From the NCBI GenBank assembly GCA_023334545.1, contig JAADVB010000074.1, forward strand, positions 1-64,000: 64,000 bases of DNA. The letters are read 5' to 3'. This document shows positions 57,122-64,000 of the stretch, one piece after another (the first letter of the stretch is position 1; each line of letters opens with the position of its first letter). The notes under the pieces are model-generated. The model was given only the letters and a program-made list of their open reading frames with translations, ran no database searches and was not told the DNA's origin. The translations under genes were made by a program, and so were the position numbers. The DNA is from Salisapilia sapeloensis CBS 127946 (Eukaryota > Protista > Oomycota).

Positions 57122-60100
57122 CTACCTGTATTCTTTATCCTTGAGCAGCGTGTCTTTTAACGCCTCTAGTTCTTCTTTCCACAACTGAGCTGGCGTCTTG
57201 TTCCGAAGTGTCTCTAACTTCTCTACTCTATGATCATGATCCGACTGCAATCGCTCAGCATGCTCCTTGGTAAAGCTCATCAAGGACGTATTGAGCAGGT
57301 AGTCATACTCGCCCGTAATATCCACTGGTGTCTCTTGGTCGACAAAAGCAGATTGAGGAACAAATTCCTTGTCCTGAAGCATTTGCACTAACTCTGCCTT
57401 GGGTGTCTTTCCTTGCAAGACCATCGACAGTTCTCCATCGGCGACTTCACGGATGAATCGAATACGGTTCTGGAGCTTACTCAAAGCTCTGGACATCTCC
57501 GATTCTTGATATTCCTTCCTCTCCTGATACATTTGAAGACGCACGGGGAAGAAGGAACGTAAGATATCTTCACTCGAGTTCAGCTTGATCAACTGTCCAG
57601 ATGCATCGAACGCATGCATGTTGCTCGTGCTGATCCCAGATTCTAGCTTGAACATCTTCACAAGTGCTTCGTTCGTTGCCTCTGGTGTGTCTTTCGTGAG
57701 TCTCGTGACGTCATTTCGACTCATGGATATATCAAAGCGAACATCTCGTTCCGAATGATGCTCGGCAAAGGACCGAATGCTCTTCTTACTGACCAGATCG
57801 AGTAAAAATTTCTTATAGTCTTCCACCCACTTTCCAACCGGTAGTTCGGAAATACGAATGGTAGAGGTATTCACGACCTGCGCTTTGCCCTGGGTCGTAA
57901 ACGTATTCTGTCCAGTCTGGACGATACGACCAGTGAAACCTTTGACCCATGGAAGCATCTCATCCAACTCGACACTGTCCAATGGCTCTTCTCTATCGTT
58001 TGCATCTAATAGTTTTAGTAGGTTGTCAATGATCTGGACTGGATGATGCGTTGGAATAGATGACGACCAGCCAGTGCCGATGCCATCAGACCCATTCACA
58101 AGAAGCATCGGGAGCGTCGGAACGTAGTGGACAGGCTCGACGGGGTACCCATCGTCATCAACGTACGAAAGCAATGGCTCATCTTCTTCCGGGAAGAGCA
58201 TCCGTGTGTGCTTCTGAAGCATCGTGAAGATGTATCGAGGGCTAGCAGCATCCTTGCCACCCTGCAGTCTCGTTCCGAATTGTCCAGACGGAAAGAGGAG
58301 CGGCAAGTTGTTCGATCCGACATAGTCCTGCGCCATGTTCACGATCGTGGAGTGCAACGATGCTTCACCGTGATGATAGGCTGTGTGCTCACTACAGTAC
58401 CCAGCTAGCTGAGCTACCTTGACTTCACTCGAAAGCTTTCGCTTCAAGCATGCAAACAAAACTTTACGCTGCGAAGGCTTGAGTCCATCCACAAGTGACG
58501 GCAGAGAACGATAGTTGTCTGCGTGACTGAACTGGATAAGCTCTCTGTCGACAAAGTCTTTGTAGTTGACATGCCCACTACTCGTGTCTAAGAACGCATC
58601 GGATCGATATACGTTCTGGAGCCAATCACGTCGGTCCGGAGCTCTCGACTTACTAAACACCATCTCTAACTTATCTCCATCTTCCTCTCCAGACCAGTGG
58701 AAGTCCACGAGATGCTGTGGCAAGTCGGAAAAGTAGGCACGACCTTCTGTACTGGTGCTCGTTCCAAGACCCTTGTAGTACTTGATGGAGTAGTTGGACA
58801 CTTCAGAAGGGTCGAGCTGATCTCTCCATGACATGTACTCTGGCTGACTAAAGAAGCGGAGACTGTTCTCTTCCTTCTTCTTCCCCTTTCGAGGCGTCAC
58901 TTTGATGATAGGAGTTATGAATTCACTAATAAAGTTGGGCGTTTGCAGTAGCTCCGGCCAGAAGGAATGGAAGAGGTTGAACAAGAGACCTTTGATGTGA
59001 GACCCGTCGTGGTCCTGATCGGTCATGACAATCACTTTACCGTATCGAAGCTTCGCCAAAGCTTCCGGCGTGTCGTACTTTTGTCCGATCTGGAGACCGA
59101 GGATAGTGCATAAGCTGGCGAACTCCGCGTTCTTAGCTAGCTGAGCATCCGTAGCATCTCGAACGTTTAGCAACTTTCCACGCAATGGGAAGACACCGTA
59201 CGTATCTCTTCCAACGACAGCTAATCCAGCCACAGCAAGTGCTTTTGCAGAGTCTCCTTCCGTCAGGATGAGTGCACACTCGGAAGATCTAGCACCGCCG
59301 GCCAAATTCGCGTCTTCCAGCTTTGGAATATTAACCGTCGTCTTATTCCGGTTAGAAGATACTTTCTTCATCAAAGCTGCTCGTTGCTTTGACTTGGCAC
59401 TTTCCACCACGCGTTCAACGATGCCAGAGCTCTGGATAACGTGCTTACTGAAGCGTTCGGATAGAACGCAGGAAGAACCGTAGGTTGTCGGACGCGAAGA
59501 CATGTATTCTTTCATTTGAGAGTCGAATGTAGGGTTCTCAATCAGACAATTGACGAAGAGAGCCAAGTGAGGCTTGACATGAGCTGGTGTCACCGACAAC
59601 TCGGAATGCTTCTTGTTAATGTGGTCTGCGACGCGACGACAGATTTGATCCGAGACGTAGTTTACGTGCGTGCCGCCTCGGAGAGCAGACATGCCATTGA
59701 CGAAGGACACTTGGACAAAGCCGACGTCCGATGGTAAGACACCGACTTGCCAACGTTTATTCACTTTGGTATAAATGTACTCTGCACCATCTTCACCTGC
59801 ATCCTGTACTGTAGAGTGTCGGAAGGAGTCCACGTAAGACTCAAAGCCAGACAGTGGGATCTTTTGACCATTCAATGTGACGTCGACGCCGGAGAGACAT
59901 CCAGCTACGTCCACGACGCGCTTTCGAAGCACGCGCTCCATTCCTGTTGTCAACTTTTCCATGTCGAAACGAGACAAGTCAGGGCAGAAAGACACTTTGG
60001 TAAAGTCCTTTGGTGTACCGGTCTGCTCTGAGATCTCGGGCTCTCCTCTTTCTCTCATGTTGTTACGCCACGTCTGTTGGTACAACTTTCCAGACATCGC

Positions 60101-60865
60101 GTCTCCAGTTTCAACGGTAAATTCACTAGAAAAGATATTCGTAAGCTTAGCTCCGTAGCCATGGCGACCACCAGTAAGTCTTGCACTCGAGTCATCAAAG
60201 TTGGAGCCTGTGAGTAAATGACCAAGCACCAGTTCTGGCACGTACACTTGTTCCTGTTTGTGATACTTAATAGGAATGCCTTTACCATCATTGTAAATAG
60301 AAATCCATGGACGATAGTTGTTGTCTTTAGATCCGGCGTCAATGACCACGTCGAGGTGCTTCATGTTCGTGTCTCGAACTTTGTTGTCCACAGCGTTCAC
60401 GATAATCTCGTCAAAGATTTTGTACATTGCAGGGACGTACTCGACAGCTTTTTGCTGCATTTTCATGTCTTTAGGCTTGGCATTGCTTGAGAGAGAAGCA
60501 GGAATCCACATCGTGTCTTTCGTTGGTTCGACAGACCCAATGTACATACCAGGACGCAATAAAACGTGCTCCAGTGGCGTTTTCTTTTGGTAGATGGACT
60601 CAACGCTGTCCTCTAGTGATGTCGAATTCCATCGCTTTTGTTGCACAAGCGAAATAGAGGTAGGAAGTGGCTTCTGAAGCTGATGTATCGAGCGGAGGTG
60701 AGTGCTGGAGCTCTGTTTGGAGCTAGAGTGAAGGAATTGGAAGCGTGTCGCTTGTGGGACGCAAGCTTGGGCAATACGCTTTTCGGTCGGCTGGGTTGCA
60801 TGCGTCTGAATAGGCTGTAGGGCTCGTGCAGTCCGCCGACGTGCTGCTGACGCACATCGCCACAT
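57122..60865 (-). CDS. TOP2: Type IIA DNA topoisomerase (eukaryotic topo II), intronless, probable mitochondrial presequence, no C-terminal tail
   Basis: EHVLLRPGMYIGS, KIFDEIIVNAVDN, GGRHGYGAKL, LILTEGDSAK, FPLRGKLLNV, IVMTDQDHDGSHIKGL, YYKGLGTS, DGLKPSQRK, AYHHGE, ASPRYIF (catalytic Tyr). First ATG 60865 (MWRCASAARRRTAR). Confidence 0.97.
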   Translation of the reverse strand: MWRCASAARRRTARALQPIQTHATQPTEKRIAQACVPQATRFQFLHSSSKQSSSTHLRSIHQLQKPLPTSISLVQQKRWNSTSLEDSVESIYQKKTPLEHVLLRPGMYIGSVEPTKDTMWIPASLSSNAKPKDMKMQQKAVEYVPAMYKIFDEIIVNAVDNKVRDTNMKHLDVVIDAGSKDNNYRPWISIYNDGKGIPIKYHKQEQVYVPELVLGHLLTGSNFDDSSARLTGGRHGYGAKLTNIFSSEFTVETGDAMSGKLYQQTWRNNMRERGEPEISEQTGTPKDFTKVSFCPDLSRFDMEKLTTGMERVLRKRVVDVAGCLSGVDVTLNGQKIPLSGFESYVDSFRHSTVQDAGEDGAEYIYTKVNKRWQVGVLPSDVGFVQVSFVNGMSALRGGTHVNYVSDQICRRVADHINKKHSELSVTPAHVKPHLALFVNCLIENPTFDSQMKEYMSSRPTTYGSSCVLSERFSKHVIQSSGIVERVVESAKSKQRAALMKKVSSNRNKTTVNIPKLEDANLAGGARSSECALILTEGDSAKALAVAGLAVVGRDTYGVFPLRGKLLNVRDATDAQLAKNAEFASLCTILGLQIGQKYDTPEALAKLRYGKVIVMTDQDHDGSHIKGLLFNLFHSFWPELLQTPNFISEFITPIIKVTPRKGKKKEENSLRFFSQPEYMSWRDQLDPSEVSNYSIKYYKGLGTSTSTEGRAYFSDLPQHLVDFHWSGEEDGDKLEMVFSKSRAPDRRDWLQNVYRSDAFLDTSSGHVNYKDFVDRELIQFSHADNYRSLPSLVDGLKPSQRKVLFACLKRKLSSEVKVAQLAGYCSEHTAYHHGEASLHSTIVNMAQDYVGSNNLPLLFPSGQFGTRLQGGKDAASPRYIFTMLQKHTRMLFPEEDEPLLSYVDDDGYPVEPVHYVPTLPMLLVNGSDGIGTGWSSSIPTHHPVQIIDNLLKLLDANDREEPLDSVELDEMLPWVKGFTGRIVQTGQNTFTTQGKAQVVNTSTIRISELPVGKWVEDYKKFLLDLVSKKSIRSFAEHHSERDVRFDISMSRNDVTRLTKDTPEATNEALVKMFKLESGISTSNMHAFDASGQLIKLNSSEDILRSFFPVRLQMYQERKEYQESEMSRALSKLQNRIRFIREVADGELSMVLQGKTPKAELVQMLQDKEFVPQSAFVDQETPVDITGEYDYLLNTSLMSFTKEHAERLQSDHDHRVEKLETLRNKTPAQLWKEELEALKDTLLKDKEYR

Positions 60866-62869
60866 TTGTTGCTCGATTTTAGTGGCAGCAAAATTATTGC
60901 TACATTTTTGTAGGAAACAAAGTAAAACTATCGTTTTTGCAATAAAACAAGCATTTATAATGCTTATAAACATGAGAAGTACGGCTTATTGCTGCAGTGG
61001 CATCCTCTTCGTACCATCACTAGCCGACATATTCCGTGGCTTTGGTACGCATGTACATGGATTGCCACGAATTGGATACACATTCGCACGATAGCCCACT
61101 CATGTGCTTCACGCACTTATCTCTAGGCATTTCCCAGTTATAGCAAGATGAATTGATAATTTGCCGTCTATCGAGAGCTTTAAAATGCGCGTATCGAGCG
61201 ACACGGCTTGACCCGAATATTAAAATTGTATATTTTAAACCTTGGCGTCTATGTTGATATCAAACAAGCCCGTAGGCTTGTTTGGTACCGCTCGGATCTT
61301 TGGTTCATCGAAACCTCTACTATACTAGATCGGGGACTTGTAAAGATTTAAAAGGCTTTTGATATCATTTAAGCATTATAAGCATTCTTAAGCAGTAGCT
61401 CGACCGGTTTGAGAATAAAGATAAATTGCTTTAAGTGTACGCTAGTAATGTGTCGGGCGGAACAAAATCGCAACTGCGAATGCGTAGCTTTTGGTATGCG
61501 TCGCGATCTGAGATATGGTATAGAATGAGTACTAGAAGCTAGCAAAGCAATCAGTCAAACAATTTCCTACAATGTCAAATATCTTGCGCGCTTCGTACCG
61601 TAGGTAGCATATAGTAGCGAATAAAATCCTAGTGCCAATAAAGGCAAAGACTTGCATCGTGCGGATGGTAGTCAACTCGGGACCAAACACCCTGTCGTGC
61701 GTGTCATTATTATCATCATGTTAGCTTGGAGCCAAAACGTTGTATTTATGGTACCAATACTCTTCGAGTTATAGTCGTAGTTTTTGGCACCAAAACTACC
61801 AGAAAGTTTAAAGTCGAGCATAGCGCTCCGAAATTTCCTTGACGACTTGGCGTTGGAACTGGTGTCAACATCATTATGAGTGAAAGAAATAGCGGTACTG
61901 ACGACCCACAAATTAACAAAGTCCAAGGTAAGGACGCCAGTGGCCATCAAAGCGTTCCAGTACTTCACTAATATTAGTCTCACAGCGATTTAAGCGATGG
62001 AGATAAACAAGCGGCACAAGATCAAGAGGCAGTTTGGCACACTATGGTTCAAATAGCTACCTAATCTAGTTTCCGGTTTTCCTCTGACCACAGTCTCTAG
62101 TCTTAGTGCGTCTGCTGTTGCGTCAGAGTATACATTTGGGGCCTCGATCCTAACTGACATATCTATTGTTGCTTCGTTTGTTTTACTTCCGGATTGGTCG
62201 TCGGCAGTACTTAAACCTCTTCATCAGTGATACTCGAACGAAAAGTTTCATTAGTGGCGTCAATCTTGCCAAAATCCCTTCTTAGGTTGTAGATTTACCT
62301 ATGCTTGGTATAAATTCAAAACACCTCTGGAGGCGGCTTTAAATAATTTTAGATCGGGAAGCAACTTTTTAAAAGACATCTTGCTCACCATTTCAGCATA
62401 AGCTACAAATACAAGCAACTGAATCTGCTCAGTGCCGTAGCTTTAAACGAACCGACAAATGAAATTCAATTCTGCTTTAGCTTGAAGCGATCGCCTACTT
62501 AAAATCAAAAGTCAATTTTCAAACTTTGATACCTGTAATGAATGTGTCATTTATTTTGTAAAGCTACGTCTCAGTCCTCTTGTAAGAATGAGTACTTTTA
62601 CTCGCTCGCACCAAGGTAATCCTCAACTTCCACGTTTCTAACAGACTACATGACCAAATTGATTTCGAGTTTATTTACGATCGCTAAGGTACCGTTGTCA
62701 GCTTACGATACTTGTGACTCTTGGCTTAAATGTAAAAGTGAATTCACATTAGACTAACTACTCTATCATTAGACATAGCTCGTCCAGACGTCCTTATTGG
62801 ACCAGAACTTCAAGGCCTCAGATTTGGTCCTACCTTCGAGTGTCATCTCTGTTCAATATACAGCGGCAA

Positions 62870-63946
62870 TCAGGGGGCGGCAAGAAGATGCAGTGTTTTC
62901 ATATACGCTTCGCCAGCACTATCCGGTGCAACATCAACATCAACATCCCATCGACTACTATCCTCGTCTCTCTCCAGACCCAAATGGGCGTATCGATTAA
63001 TAAAGTCCCAAACTGCAGTCACGCGTACGGCGGAGTCGACCGTATATGGATTACAATAAGCAATCCCTCTACTCATTATCCCAAAAACCTTGTTATTGAA
63101 GAGAATGGGACCGCCTGAATCCCCTTGACAGGATTTCTGGTATGTGCCTGTATAACATATGTGGCTATTTGACATCCAAAACCCAGTGCCCTTTTGCAAT
63201 GCTTCATTTCTAGTCGGTAGTCCCATCTCCGATTTACATTCTTCAGTAGTTAAGATCGAAACAGTTCCTGTCAATAAATCGTTCGATGGCTTTCCAGCTT
63301 CAGAAGTTAATCCCCATCCAAAGACCTGTGCTATCTCACCAGCCATATCATGTGTATCTTCATCCGGGTGGGCTAAAGTAGCAAAATGGCGGTACTCTTC
63401 AGCCACTTCCTTGCTTAATTCTAGTACTGCAATATCCCAAATCTTGTTCGTTCTATACTTATACTTTTTGGGGATGTACATTTTGGTAACTTCGATTACT
63501 TGACCTGATGACCTTGATGAACTATATTGCAAGGAATGAACTCGCGCGCGTATATACTTGGTATGAGAAAGTGTGTTTTCTTGTTCGCCTTTCAAAATCA
63601 TACAATGTGCTGCAGTAAGAAGGTATTTTGGAGCAATCAAGACAGCTCCACACATTCTCCATATAAGGTTATTGTACTGATCTATTTTTGTCAGGATTCG
63701 AAGCGAAACCATAAATGGGGCACGATTTATATGGGTGACTTTCGAGCCATGAAACACTCGATTTTCTTCATCAAGAGTCATGTTCATAGAGGTAGCATTG
63801 ACAGCTTTGTTAACTTTGCGTTGGAAGTCTAATGTTATCGAGCGAACGTCGTTCGGCTGGGGGCTTGCAATAATTTCTTTGGCGGTGAAGACTGATTGAA
63901 GCAATAACACCAAGGTTGCTATTGATCGAGTAGAAAGTAAGCACAT
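62870..63946 (-). CDS. Secreted S1 (trypsin-fold) serine protease with intact catalytic triad
   Basis: Signal peptide from ATG 63946; CGAVLIAPKYLLTAAHC (His), WDIAVLEL (Asp), CQGDSGGP (Ser). Confidence 0.93.
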   Translation of the reverse strand: MCLLSTRSIATLVLLLQSVFTAKEIIASPQPNDVRSITLDFQRKVNKAVNATSMNMTLDEENRVFHGSKVTHINRAPFMVSLRILTKIDQYNNLIWRMCGAVLIAPKYLLTAAHCMILKGEQENTLSHTKYIRARVHSLQYSSSRSSGQVIEVTKMYIPKKYKYRTNKIWDIAVLELSKEVAEEYRHFATLAHPDEDTHDMAGEIAQVFGWGLTSEAGKPSNDLLTGTVSILTTEECKSEMGLPTRNEALQKGTGFWMSNSHICYTGTYQKSCQGDSGGPILFNNKVFGIMSRGIAYCNPYTVDSAVRVTAVWDFINRYAHLGLERDEDSSRWDVDVDVAPDSAGEAYMKTLHLLAAP

Positions 63947-64000
63947 CTTCAAAGCTGTTGAACGTTTGTCGTCGATCCGTGCAAATGAAAAATGGCAGGA

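Noticed and set aside
1-64000. CRISPR array, rRNA, prokaryotic operon/defence system or intact transposase
   Set aside because: No spaced direct repeats or rRNA signatures seen; genes are spliceosomal-intron-containing eukaryotic genes; no DDE, integrase or full RT ORF found.

Overview
Eukaryotic, gene-dense genomic DNA, most likely from an oomycete (stramenopile). Support: short ~50-100 nt GT-AG introns, several matches to the oomycete Inr+FPR core promoter (consensus roughly GCTCATTYYNCAWTTT), oomycete-type domain architectures (START-FYVE, ankyrin-FYVE-TPR) and flagellar genes (DNAAF4, MORN5). About 33 protein genes can be supported, and many ORF-track entries are exon fragments or antisense shadows. 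By manual translation I recovered two genes the track misses entirely (a prephenate dehydratase-TyrA fusion running off the left edge, and a 4-exon BRICK1) and a spliced MORN5 whose reading frame the track does not show. Housekeeping blocks (1-32 kb, 45-61 kb) flank a looser region (33-45 kb) holding a GST-GST tandem, an HxxxDG acyltransferase, a fungal-like carboxylesterase and two tail-to-tail acid lipases. The most unusual items are a twin-pore 2x6TM K+ channel with a Cys-rich ectodomain, a DUF4359-like/alpha-SNAP-like fusion, two double-domain GSTs, a tail-less presequence-bearing topoisomerase II and a trypsin-fold protease with an atypical S1 pocket. No rRNA, tRNA, CRISPR array or intact transposon was recognised. 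All family assignments are from motif recognition, not database searches.
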